A program made the translations under genes and the position numbers. DNA of 64,000 nucleotides from Tubulanus polymorphus (lineage: Eukaryota > Animalia > Nemertea): NCBI RefSeq assembly GCF_964204645.1, contig NC_134028.1, positions 1,302,001 to 1,366,000 on the forward strand, written 5' to 3'. Under the pieces are notes generated by a model. It was not told where the DNA came from. It ran no database searches and saw nothing but the letters and a program-made list of their open reading frames with translations. Of this stretch, positions 12,311 to 25,900 are shown one piece after another. Within the stretch, counting starts at the first letter, position 1. Each line of letters opens with the position of its first letter.

Positions 12311-15300
12311 GAGTCAGGGTTGTCAACCAACTGAGGTTAGGGTTGGGAGAACTGTGAAGGGGGATTTTTGGAAAAAATTTTTTGTGAAAAAAACATCCGA
12401 TCTTAATCGATATAAGTACTAGTTCCCAGCGCAGTATGAAGATGGCAGCACCTTCCAGAATAGAAATGACTAAGATGAATCAGCGAAGTGACTCAAATAG
12501 ATTAATGAGATTTTATACCAGTACAGCTCTCTCTATCCACGTATACAATCCAGGGTATACTTCCACATCGAGTCACTGCAGAATTGAATCCAAATATATA
12601 TCAGTCAACAACAATCTTTTATTATTGTATTTTATGCGTAATAATTTCAGGAAAAGTGTTGCAACAATAACAATGTTCGGTCGGGGGCCGACTTACAGAA
12701 CTACTACAAATCGGTATGACATACTATATACATATCATACATTAGTCAACACAGTCAACTCTTATATAATAAAACAGTTTAATATGTCTCTTATATTGAC
12801 ACAACACACGCTGAGAGTAGAGAGTCCTCGGGAGAGTTGTCAACGTTCATTCAGTACAACCGACCTGACAGTTAACCCTACCCCAATATCACACACACAT
12901 ACAGGGCTTATTGACGAACAGTATTATAAATACAACTCGTAAACAATAAACAAAAACAATCTCGATGTAACTAAGAACTCGATCCTATTCACAAAGTACG
13001 ACAGATTTAAATATAGCTTCCAATCCGCAGTAAATAGGAGTAGTTTGACCGTCTATAGCAGGTGGTGTGCCCGGGGTTAAAAATAGGGTTTCCCCATAAC
13101 GCCCCATACCCATATGAATAAAAAACAAATCTATTCAAATTTGAAAACGACAAATGTTGACACTGAATTCACCAGCACGATTCATATTCAAATGGTAGCA
13201 AATTTGAAAATCAGATTGTCGCATGTACATACAGAATACAACGTGCTCGGTGGCCTGCTCGGTCGGTCGTCAGCTCGGTCGGTCGTCAGCTCGCTCGGTC
13301 GCTGTTTCTTATGAGTCATTCTATATAGAGATAGAGACTATTGAAACAACTCAGTCAAATGTGTTGCCATCGAAAATGTGAATTCCCACAAAAACATAAA
13401 TGAAATTCAGTGGGCGATTTATACAAGTATCAATAGCATTAATCTGTAGAAAACACCCGAGGGTCTTTAGGAATCCGTATAACTAAAATACTCAAACACG
13501 AATCAACCTTATAAACAACTTTATATAAAGCCATTTCTAGATCAATCTTTTCAGATTGTTTTTTCAACGTGTTTACGACGGCGGTTCACCGGCAGTAGCA
13601 ACGAACCACGAAGCCATTTCATCAATTATACGTAATTATTATTAATAACTAGTAAAAAGCATTGACCCCCTGAGGAGACATTACAGTACGAGCAGTTCGA
13701 TGGGGGATACCATCGCCGTGTGTGGGGTCGATAGTGAAATAAACTGTAGCTCGTATATGCTAGAAGTAGAGTAAATAACTCTGGTTTGATAAAAAGTCAT
13801 GTCAGTAAGAAATGAAAGTACAAGTAACGTGTCCTCGGTAATTCAGGTGCAAATACTGTACTTTCTGAAAGGGAATCAATCATTCATTTATTACGTACGC
13901 TTAAAATGTGAATTTTTCAGCCACCCCCCTCAGTCACGTTTTTAAACAAAATCTACCATTTTTTAAACATCCAAAACGATACATGATAAAGAATTACCCC
14001 ACCGTCAGTTTGATAAGTTCTTTCTACAGTAAAGCCTGTTTAAGTCAGACGTTTTCGGGACAGGGAATCTAAAAATCTGACTTTGTGAACCAGTATAAGC
14101 CTAATCTGACTTCTAAGAAAATCGGACTTCAAATGTGCTCGATTGCATCAACTTTACTCTTGAGACCAGTTTTAAAGTGATATCTTAATCGATCATAGAT
14201 ATGAAATTTCTCAATATGCATACCGGTATGTGTAATACATGTTTGAGACTAGTTTATACTTTAGTGGCGGCAGTCGGATTGAGTTCATTAGCCTTCAGGC
14301 TCCACGATTTGATATCGAGATCGAAGCACTTGATTGAAGTACCCCGATTCAAGCGCCGTACAGCTCTTGTTCTGTAAGATGATAATTATACAATCATAAT
14401 TGAACATAAATCTATTTACTGATTTCACAGTGGAGTTGGTAAAGGTTGAATTACGAGTTGGCTCCACGAGGATGTAACCGTTAATAAAGAGTTTCTATCT
14501 TATATCTGAAGCATCGATAACCAGAATTATTGCTTTAATAAACACAAAACGATCGATTCTGTGATAGATATTTCCTGAAATATTTGTGTGAAATATTGCA
14601 CCTACCGCACTTAAACACAGAAACTATGAGTTATGCATTTAATAACAATTTTACAGTTGTTTTTTTTACCCTACAGCAAATATTAGACAAGTTTCCATAC
14701 AACATTCCTAGATTGAAATTGTACGCTAAGATACGTTAAAAACTCTACTGGTAAAAACTTGCTTTCAATTTCAAAAACCTCAAGTTTCAAAATGTTCAGA
14801 ACATTAAGCGACCAATTCAACAGGTGAATTGAAGATACAGGCTCTAATGGGGCTTTTCAAGGAGGCAGGCATCATTTCTTAAAGGTTTGTAGCGTATTGG
14901 CATATAGACCTAATCGCTTTAGTGGTGATGATGTCATAGTGGATTTATGGAAGAAGCCATCTTTTCTAGAAGGGTCTATAGTAGGTGTATCTTATTTTAG
15001 TGCATCATCTCTTTAATCGAGTCAAGGATAAGCAGTAAATCTGGTTGAAATAGAACTGCAGCACCGGTGCTATCAGTGCTGGTACTGGTTAGAACACTGG
15101 AATCATTTTTATTACACTTAGAAATAGATGTGTGTACAGCGAGCGGGCGTGTACAGTATTGGTGTGTGATAAAGTGTGATAACGGTACAACTGCAGCTGC
15201 TGATCCATGCAGAAAATCTACCCCTAATCTGACGAGCAGTTTGAGCAGTTTTTAGCTACGCTCTATTGCTCACATCTCCTTCGTTCAGTAAGCTGAAGAA

Positions 15301-16199
15301 ATAGTATATTTTGACTAGTGGCAGCTGTGTTTGATCCGACATCCCGGGAATATTAACACATTCTGACTAATACAACATCAAATCCTGCAGGATCTATAGA
15401 ACTATATTTCAAATCCCGCCCAAACTAGAAACTGAAGCCTAAAGGGGACTATCTGGATATCTGTTCTAAAATAAACGCTTATTGCAATCATCCTGATTAA
15501 ATGTTGAAACACTTCATCCGTGTTGTGTAACAGAAAATCCCAGACCAAGAATTTAAAACGGTCCAAAACGTTTCTTCGCCACAGAAGTCTATTCAACGTT
15601 TCGACTTTTTTCCTAATACCGGTAAATCATCTTCAGGAATACGAGCATCTGTGACAAAATCATGATATGAAGATTAGGATATAGGCCTAGTCGAAATGTT
15701 GTAATAACCTACTGGTTCCAGGAAAAATATCGGACTTCATTTTTCATTCTTAGGGCGGGATTTTCACATAAACGACTTCAAATTATTTTTGATCAGCTTC
15801 ACCGAATTGTGGGAAGCTGCTCCGGTTATTTCTCAATCATTGCTACGAGAGATTTTTACGGGCGGATGATGATCTGCCCACAGCTGCTGCTCACAACACG
15901 AGAGCAGAGGAAAAACACCTTATAAATAGGATAAAAACAAACAACTCTCGGTGAACTTTTAACAAGCTAAAACTCGTCAACATGGACTTCTACAAGAGTA
16001 GGAAATGTGTAATACAGAAACATTATGCATATATGATTATTATTGAGAAATAGAAATCATAGTAAGAGTCTTAGTACACTGTGCACACGCATAGAGAGAG
16101 TGGTAGAACTTGTTTACTGATCATCTCAGAAATAAAAATAGATTGTTCTTCACGTTGATTAGACTCTTCAGTACATACGCTTCTAGCAATATCACCCAC

Positions 16200-16585
16200 A
16201 GCTGCACCAGCGCGGACTGCAGCTAGCAGCTACTACTATATGCACCGCAGCACCAGTCCGGACTGCAGCTACTGCTGTAGGCCTACATAACTGCACCAGT
16301 CCAGACAACAGCTAGGCCCTACTGCTGTATGTACTGCACCAGTCCGAACTGCAGCTACTGCTGTACGTAACTGCACCAGTCCAGACTGCAGCTAGGCCCT
16401 ACTGCTATATGTATTGCACCAGTCCGGACTGCAGCTACTGCTGTACGTAACTGCACCAGTCCGGACTACAGCTAGGCCCTACTACTGTATGTATTGCACC
16501 AGTCCGGACTGCAGCTACTGCTGTATGTACCACACCAGCGCCGACTGCAGCTACTGCACCAGTTCAGACTGCAGCTACTGCTGTA
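16200..16585. repeat. Minisatellite (gcaccagtccggactgcagctactgctgtatgta-like, ~36-42 bp), about 10 copies
   Basis: Imperfect tandem units read directly. Confidence 0.85.
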
Positions 16586-17142
16586 GTATCATCAGACTCA
16601 GCAAAGGTGTGGAATCAAATAACATCAGGATCTGCGCTATAATCAATCAAAAATTCATTCAAACCATAGGGGCCGACAGGCCTTCCGCTACCAGTATTCA
16701 GATTTAGTGGATCCTGGCACTAGAATCAACATTAGGCTACCCTCTCTGTAAATTCTACCACAGTTGGAATTCAAACCTGACGACATCGTGAGACCATGGC
16801 ACCAGTGCCCATAATGATATCAGACCTTGTCCCTACACACTGATGGCCTGTAAACCCTTAAAACTAGGCAAACCAGCCATATATACGATAGCCTGCTTTC
16901 CAGTTCAATAATGTCAATGCTGAGGAGACATATATATTGCTATCAGGGGGTTAAAATTGTATTATCAGTATCAGGCAACCGAATGAAGCCACCAGGTTCA
17001 GTTAGCAACTTAAGTGTCAAATAGATCTGGATCTGGTGTTTCACCACTTTAGACTTTGATGAAATGATACTGATTCACAAAATTACATTCATACATTAAC
17101 GTTTGATGCTCAAAAACAATACGTTGTTAATTAAATCTTACA

Positions 17143-17240
17143 CTTTATGAGAACTAATCCGAAATATCATAGCAGCAGCAGACTAACTGAAGCGTCAGTA
17201 AAATCGCAGGAGATGAGGACTGCCTGCTCGCCATCTTGAT
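17143..17240 (-). promoter_or_regulatory. Putative first exon / transcription start region of a minus-strand gene
   Basis: CAAGATGGCG (YY1-like motif common near TSSs) at 17229-17238, an open frame MASRQSSSPAILLTLQLVSAAAM.. and a gtaag donor near 17142. Confidence 0.35.
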
Positions 17241-17427
17241 TTAACCAGCACCGTTCAGTTCACTTGACCCAGTTTACCATAATTGGCAAAAAAAGTAATT
17301 TATACAGAGTTGATTGTAATTCGAGAAAAGAACACGGCTAGAAATTGATTGAAGAAATATAAAATCCGTTGGTAATCCTGGTCAGGCAGGGAGTTTATTG
17401 ACGTGTTCACTCCGCTATACGAGTTGC

Positions 17428-18050
17428 ATATGAGCTATCCACGTTCCCGTCTCGACCCGTTACTGTCTCGACCCGTTCCCGTCCCGACCCTACCGTACAA
17501 TAGCGCCACCGCAGTCGATAATTTGAACTAAAACACTTCGGCGCGTATCGGATTCGTTTTTCGCATGTTATAAATGGTTGAAGAACGATCAGTGAAACAT
17601 ACCAACAATTTTAAAAAGTCAATTAGATTTTATAAAACTTTTCATTAAAAAGATCGAATGAAGAAAACGCCTCCAATGTCAACAGAGGTAAAAATTCAAG
17701 ATGCGAAGTTAGCAATTTCCAGTCGAGATTTCCTCCCAGAATATTACTGAAGTGGGTTTAAACTGTTTTCAAATGTAATGTTGAATAAATCATACGAGTT
17801 TAATTATTTTGGTTTCAAGTTTCAAATGATATCAACTTTCGGCTTCAAATCTCTCAAAACTCAGTTCTAAAAATGACCCCTCTCGGCCGGGGGCATTTTG
17901 TTTAGGGTACATTTTATTTTGCCATTAATCAGTTCGAATTCATCAAATTTATGAAGAAAATTAATGTATGAATTTTGCAAAAAAATAAAGATGATTGTTA
18001 AATTTATAACGCGTTGTCTTTCTCTACCAGATCCCGTCGGTCTTTCTCCG
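17428..18050 (+). repeat. Left (sub)terminal inverted repeat, unique portion
   Basis: Reverse complement of 32980-33784 (e.g. tacaatagcgccaccgcagtcga, aattagattt, ttcgaattcatcaaatttatgaagaaa) with substitutions and indels. Confidence 0.92.
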
Positions 18051-18052
18051 AT

Positions 18053-19555
18053 GGACATGTTCCGGTCTCGACCCGTCACCTGTCTCTACTCTCTAGACAG
18101 TCCCGTGGACGCTATGTTCCCGTCTCGACCCCTCACATCTGTCTCTACTCTCTACACAGTCCCGCGGACACTATGTTCCCGTCTCGACCCTTCAAATCTG
18201 TCTCTACTCTCTACACAGTCCCGTGGACACTATGTTCCCGTCTCGACCCTTCACATCTATCTCTACTCTCTACACAGTCCCGTGGACACTATGTTCCCGT
18301 CTCGACCCTTCAAATCTGTCTCTACTCTCTACACAGTCCCGCGGACACTATGTTCCCGTCTCGACCCTTCAAATCTGTCTCTACTCTCTACACAGTCCCG
18401 TGGACGCTATGTTCCCGTCTCGACCCTTCACATCTGTCTCTACTCTCTACACAGTCCCGTGGACCCTATGTTCCCGTCTCGACCCTTCAAAACTGTCTCT
18501 ACTCTCTACACAGTCCCGTGGACCCTATGTTCCCGTCTCGACCCCTCACATCTGTCTCTACTCTCTACACAGTCCCGCGGACACTATGTTCCTGTCTCGA
18601 CCCTTCAAATCTGTCTCTACTCTCTACACAGTCCCGTGGACCCTATGTTCCCGTCTCGACCCCTCACATCTGTCTCTACTCTCTACACAGTCCCGTGGAC
18701 CCTATGTTACTGTCTCGACCCTTCACATCTATCTCTACTCTCTACACAGTCCCGTGGACGCAATGTTCCCGTCTCGACCCTTCAAAACTGTCTCTACCCT
18801 CTACACAGTCCCGCGGACACTATGTTCCTGTCTCGACCCTTCAAATCTGTCTCTTCCCTCTACACAGTCCCGCGGACACTATGTTCCCGTCTCGACCCTT
18901 CAAATCTGTCTCTACTCTCTACACAGTCCCGCGGACACTATGTTCCCGTCTCGACCCTTCAAATCTGTCTCTACTCTCTACACAGTCCCGCGGACACTAT
19001 GTTCCCGTCTCGACCCTTCAAATCTGTCTCTACTCTCTACACAGTCCCGCGGACACTATGTTCCCGTCTCGACCCTTCAAATCTGTCTCTACTCTCTACA
19101 CAGTGCCGCGGACACTATGTTCCTGTCTCGACCCTTCGAATCTGTCTCTACCCTCTACACAGTCCCGTGGACCCTATGTTCCCGTCTCGACCCTTCAAAA
19201 CTGTCTCTACTCTCTCAACAGTCCCGTGGACGCTATGTTCCCGTCTCGACCCTTCAAACCTGTCTCTACTCTCTCAACAGTCCCGTGGACCCTATGTTCC
19301 CGTCTCGACCCTTCAAAACTGTCTCTACTCTTTCAACAGTCCCTTGGACGCTATGTTCCCGTCTCGACCCTTCAAATCTGTCTCTACTCTCTACACAGTC
19401 CCGTGGACCCTATGTTCCCGTCTCGACCCTTCAAATCTGTCTCTACTCTCTACACAGTCCCGCGGACGCTATGTTCCCGTCTCGACCCTTCAAATCTGTC
19501 TCTTCTCTCTACACAGTCTCATGGATATGTTCGTGTCTAGAGCCTTCACATCCGT
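18053..19555 (+). repeat. Left 59-bp tandem array, about 25 units plus a degenerate inner unit
   Basis: Unit cagtcccgtggacgctatgttcccgtctcgacccttcaaatctgtctctactctctaca; gtctcgaccc recurs at an exact 59-bp period from 18122 to 19479. Confidence 0.97.
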
Positions 19556-19989
19556 TTGAAGACAGTTTGTGGGACACCCTGACATATCTAATCGGTTTGT
19601 AATATTTCCAGTCAGTGGGACGAACCTTTTTAAAAAATGGAAATGAATATTACAGGTGGTCAAATATTTATTGATTAAAATCATGAAAAATCTACAAAAT
19701 CGATGCTGACATGCTGAATACTGATACATCTACACATAAGGCAAATTTCTACAAATTTAGTGCAATTCTCAGGAATACGTATGTACTAAACACATTAACA
19801 TGCAAACTCATTAAAATGAACGCAAGGAACCAAATTATTACAACCGACAGTTGTCATATTGGCCGAAATTCTAGGTTTTTGATAACCAATAAATCGGTAT
19901 ATCAGAAGTATAACTAGGCTCCACTGTTTCTTGGCTGAATCCCGTGGTCTTCAATACGAAAGGCTTTCATTCTCATCTGAATTTCTTTA

Positions 19990-22900
19990 TCATTTCTGCC
20001 TGTTGTAGCCCGACAAATCGTGAATGACAAATCATAACTTATATCGAAATATCTTGATACAAGATAACACACAGCCTCCATCTTTATGGCTTCAATAAAC
20101 CTGTGTCCACTAAAAATGTAACGACATGAAAAAACTGTTGATTATAGTATATGCATGAAACGCATACTGTAAGAGCAAGTGAGGTTTTACGTATGGGACT
20201 CGACCTTACCTTATCCAGTCTTTCAGAATGTACGATATGATTTTATTCGGTGCCATAAATGGAATGCGTACCGGTGGGTACTGTATATACATACTTAAAA
20301 AAAGGAAATTAAAATAGCAACAAATCATTGATATCGAATCATGATAGTGATCTTTTGTGATGGTGCAGCGAATCATATTCTTGGTGATCCGTACCTTGGG
20401 TGTAGATAAATCTTTTTGCATATTGCTTGCGTGGCCCAAACATAGATGAAGTTAAGAGCACTTCGACGAATAACCATTACACCGTGTCCTTTGCTTGATA
20501 GTGGTTCAGGACGTATATATTTTTGGACAAGCCTGGAAAATAATAAAATATTATTATTCGAATTCAAAGTGGGCCTATACAAAATGTCGTGTGCGATGTA
20601 ACTTTGACTTTACTTTATAAGGAAACATTAGTATGTAAATTAATAAAATTAGTGATAAATTTGTGTAATAAGCATCACAGAATTATCAAAACTTAGCGAA
20701 TATTTGATATTTTCGGATGGTTTTCAGCATGTACAAGTACTGCCGTACCGTACATATAATATGCTTTCATCTTAAGAGCAATTAAAAGTCACAATTGCAA
20801 GCAGAATATAAATCAAAGCTTACAAACACTGTTCTTGAGTCAATGTATTTGTTATATATCGGTTGAGGTCATCAAGCTGTAAAAAATGAAAATACTGTAC
20901 ATCAAAATAGATTCACATGGGCACATTTACAATCAATCCGTCGTTGGCAAGATTAAGCTGAAAGCCACCAAGGCTCTTTTGCCTTTTAGGATATATATGA
21001 AACTGACGTGAGATCTATTTGTTACTTGAATAGCATGCTTTACGCAAGTTGAAAATAAAATTCTTACAATTGCGCGCCGTTTTTCCAATAAATACTTGAG
21101 AGGGACTTGGCGACCATCATCGTTTTCTGAAGTGTCTGGTTCAATTTTCTGAAAGCACGCCCCACAGATCATGTAGTCAGGAAACCTTAAAAAATACATA
21201 TATTTTCACATGGGGTGGTGAGTGATAAAGTTTTGCTCACTAACTCTCATATCCTACACCCACCTTATCTCAAGTTCTTTGCAACAGATACATTTTTTCT
21301 CATTTCCATCTTTAAACAATGCATCCTAAAATTCGATATTATTCAAGACATAGCAAAAAGCAAACAGATTCAACTGGCACTGAAATCTGTTTTGCGAGGC
21401 CCATCGAATAAAATCAACAAGAACACAAAAGCCGATTAGTCCAAAAAAAAACTTGAATTACCTCCCATGTTCTTCGCAACTTCTCAATTTGGCACATGGG
21501 ACAACGGTAAGAATAATTGAACGTGTAGTCATCCGAATTTCCACCTATACACTCTGGGTGTATGGCCCAGTTGCAATTAAATCCATTGCAAACTATCACT
21601 TTCTTACTACAAAAACAAAAAGATTTTTGGTGTCCTTTACAAACCCACCATACCTGATGGGAGCGAAGTTTTAACTGAATGCGAAACTCACCATTTATTT
21701 GAACAGAAACAAAAGATCTTCCGTTTTCCACCTAACTCACTAACATCTTTTAATCTGCAAACTGGAACCTAAAACAAAGTGTGCCATTTTTCATTTATCA
21801 TGGACTTAACACAACATTAACGCATATATTGTAAATAACAAACCTGACGAGCTCTTGTTACTGCAAGCCCCCGAATTGTTTTCTAAAATATTGGATATCA
21901 AATTTTGATTGATGCAAGGCATAAATAATCAATCACTTCGAAATAGAAGATTCACTACATAGATCCTTTTCGACGTTTGATACAAAAATACAATAATCTA
22001 GGATAAGCTGCAAAGGTAAATACGTATAAAAGTATGATTTATAGGAGATCCAGTTACAGGGTTTCCAGTTAAAATTTGATTCTAGACTTAATACAATTCA
22101 AATCAACTAAAGGGCTAAATAACTGTGGAACCGGTCATTTGTTTTTTCCAAGTACCATTCTTTTACTGCTGATACATTTCTCACAAGTGAAACCAATTCG
22201 TTCTGCCTCCTGTTGCGACAAGTCACCAAGTCCTATACATACAGGATGGTACCACTCAACGCACCTTTCGCATGCGATGTATAAGCTACAAAATATCAAA
22301 TATCTAATGTAATTCGGAATTATAATAATCTTATTAGAGCTATGTATGTAATCATGATACACTAACCCTCCTGTATCGATTTTTTTACAAATACAATATT
22401 TCGCAGCTGACTGTGGCAATTCATAGAAAAAACTGCTGCGTCGTCTTGTCTGAAAAAGTGCATTTGATATTTTCAATTATCTGCATTCTACGTTAAACTA
22501 AACTTCTTCAATCTGCTACCACCGGTACCATACCTTCTTTGGATTTTCTCGGAGCTTCACCGTGGTTCTCGTTTCCAAGACCTGTCTTTGCTATAAAAAA
22601 GTGACATGACATACAATTTTTAACGAGCACAAAGACACCATTCCTTAATTTTGATACATATCAGGAATGCATGAAAAAAATACTTGTAGAGAATGCACCT
22701 CAAAAAAAAGTTCATCGCGCGTAGACATTTCTGGTGTTGGGTCATTCACCTATAAATCAAAGAGATCACATGAAATTAGTGAAACCTACATGCTGTTTGA
22801 ATATGGCTCAGATAACTAAGATATACCTCATATATTATATTTTCCTCGCCTATTTGCTGTTCGCGTTCATCGCGAGTAGACATTTCTGGTGTTGGGTCAT

Positions 22901-25900
22901 TCAGCTATAAATATAAAAGTAAGTAGAAACTGTAAATTAGTAAAACTTTATCCTCACATTTTCAACTAATGTTGTTACTTCATATTTTCATATGGCCTAC
23001 CTCTAATGATGTTGCTGGGCAAGAGGCATTGGTCACAGAATATATAGCTCCATTGCTGCTTTGATTTTTCAGATAATCTAGTCCTCGGAAGAGATCAAGA
23101 TCGATAGGCAGGGGCTGACTGGAGTCAATCAGACGGAAAGTATTGTCATTAAACTCCAGTACCAACCAGTGGTCTGTATCACTGGGCTTAATAATCATCT
23201 TTCTTTTCAAGGATGTTTGCAAAAATGCACTTGTCAACAGTTCAGTCAATTCTTCATAGGTCCTTGAGTTTTTTACACCTGATACAATGTTCAGAACTTG
23301 AAACCCACGTTGCTCTAGACATTCCATGATCACATCCATCGAATAAAATCCCTCTCTATCCCTCAGGGCAGATATCATGCAGGTTGGGCCAATTCCTGGA
23401 TTTTGCAACTGCCTAATCCACATTTCGTCTGATACACGATCCATATCATATACTGAAACACTGAACGAGCCATCTTCATCTGATCCAATCGCATTATTGA
23501 CCGCACAGAGTCCGCAGTAGTTGGTGGATCCTTGGATCTGCATAAAATCTCCTCGTTGAGTTTTCACTGATTTCACTTCAGCATGTCTGTTTGGTAATGC
23601 TGTTTGACCAATAACTTGAGCCGCGTATCTGAGGTTGCTGTGGGCTGCAAGCAGTTCATCACCATTTAGATTATCGAAGTCAAGGTTTCGGAAAATATCA
23701 CTGACATCCGAATTTAGAACTGCACGTAGATATGATGTACATTCGCTTCTCTGTCGATCACTATTATGACTGACTTTGGGTACAAAGGAAGACGATGTAG
23801 TATTTTCTGTATGACGTGAAATATTTGGAACAGAATTCGATGAGTTCGGGAAACTTTCGTTGCCGTGGAGAGAAGCATCGAGTCCACGCGTCATATCGCG
23901 AACAAACGCCCGTCCAAACTGATCTCGATCAAGCATGTCATTGCCTAGGTTTTCTCTAAGTTTATTTACGAGGGCATTGTTTATTTCTTCATTTCTCAAG
24001 TGCGAAGCGAGCCGGAAAACAAACATGTGAGTCGCCGGATTCATATTGTTGAGGAAATGAAGATTCTTTTTTCGGTTACTGAATTCCTGCTCAACCCGCT
24101 GACTGTCAATTAAACCTCCAACATTATCCAAAAGAGATATCCTCCGTAAAATCTCAACAGGACTCTTACAGTTTTCTTGATGAAACCAATCGTACAGGAT
24201 GTAGTGGTGAGATGAACGTGTTATTGGATGATCCTCATTTCCTATAGGTTCTGTGTTTGGTTCATAAATATATTTCAAGAATGTGGCCTCAAACGTGATT
24301 TGTCTTGTCTTTGCTTGCGCAATATTTTCATCGGAACTCTCTGCTAATCGACCATCGTGGGGTCGATACATATCACCATATCTGGAATTGGCAAACCTCG
24401 CCACAAGGTGAGCACTGTCACAGATAGATATTGTTGGTCGATGTTTCAGTGATCTCTCCAAGTCAACGTAGTCGCGAGGACTTTCACCCCGAAAATTGTT
24501 CTTTATGCAATATGTTACACCGTGGTCGCAACATCCAACTGCCCAGCCACCTTTCAGAAAAAAAAAACGCAAAATAATGCTATGTTTATGCGATTTTTGC
24601 GATGACAATGCGCGCGAGTGCGCGGTGTGTTCCTTACCGGTATGGCCAAAAATATCTTCATATAGGCTGTCGAACTTTGACCGAGACATCGACATACTTC
24701 TGAGGCGTAGAATCATGTCATTCGTAGACCCCTTGGAATCTACTTTCGCCTTCTTACAAAACTTTCTGATTTCCTTTACCTGCATCACAATGCGATTTAT
24801 ATAACGTATAGGACCTACCATTGTGTTAGTACTGACTAGTACATCATTTTACTTTCACAAAAGTGGAAGGTTTTACATATGCAATGCATAAAATGTGTAC
24901 CTTCTCATTTTTCAGGAGATGCTCCAAAGTATCAGGATGGATAGGCTCAACTCCTTCAGAACCACTATCTGTCGAGCACTTTTCAAATTCAGTGTTTATC
25001 AGAATTTCTGACTTTCTGGTATATTTCCCAATCCAAGGACTCCAGCATTCAAATGAAGGCCTCACAACATGTTCTACAAAAATTGAATACGTTTATCAAA
25101 AAACTTTTGAAACCGCATTTCACACACATGATCTGCCAGATGAAAATTTTATACATAATTAACATGATGTTGGATTTGAGTTTCTACCTTTATGGCATTT
25201 CGATCCTTTGCTCACTATTTCCTTTTCGATATCATTCCAGAAAGAAACGCAGTCGACTTCCTCGTTCAAAGATACTGGTGGCGCCAAATCTGAAACTGAA
25301 ATAAGAGATAATTCATTCACAGTTCTATCTTATATAGACTAGATATAATGTATATCCCTATGGGAGGGGGTGCGTGTACACCCTCCTAAAATTGCCAAGC
25401 TTCTTTGTGATTTGGGAAAATAAATATTAAGCTGATACCTAAGAAAGTTTAAATTCGTCTCTTGTTCTCTGTATTTCCAAGAATGAGTTAACGTTTTCCG
25501 AGGAGGTTTTTTCGGGGTGTCTCGTAATTATATGATATGCCCTATTTTGGGGGTTCACCCTACCTGAGTCAGACCCTGGATTCCCTTGATCAAACTGAAA
25601 CTAATACACAGAATACACAGAATACGCAGAACAGTCATAGACTCACGGTTGTAACGAAAACAGGCTTTTCGGAATGTATCCCATATCAATATGGGTGGGT
25701 AGTATCCACAGGATATGCAATAGAAGTCATAGCTATGACTTGTCATAGCTTCATAGTGGAGATACCCTTGCTGTAACGAGTTTAAAGGTATTTGCTCTCC
25801 TGATAGAGACGTCAGAATATTAATTGAGGTTTGTATAGCCACGTGATTCTGAAAATACAAGCAAAAATCATAAAATATGTAATTAATAATTAAATGATAA

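Noticed and set aside
17964-19602. Three overlapping 459-531 aa ORFs
   Set aside because: Artefact of a 59-bp unit lacking stop codons on one strand; all three frames are open and cycle through the same peptide.
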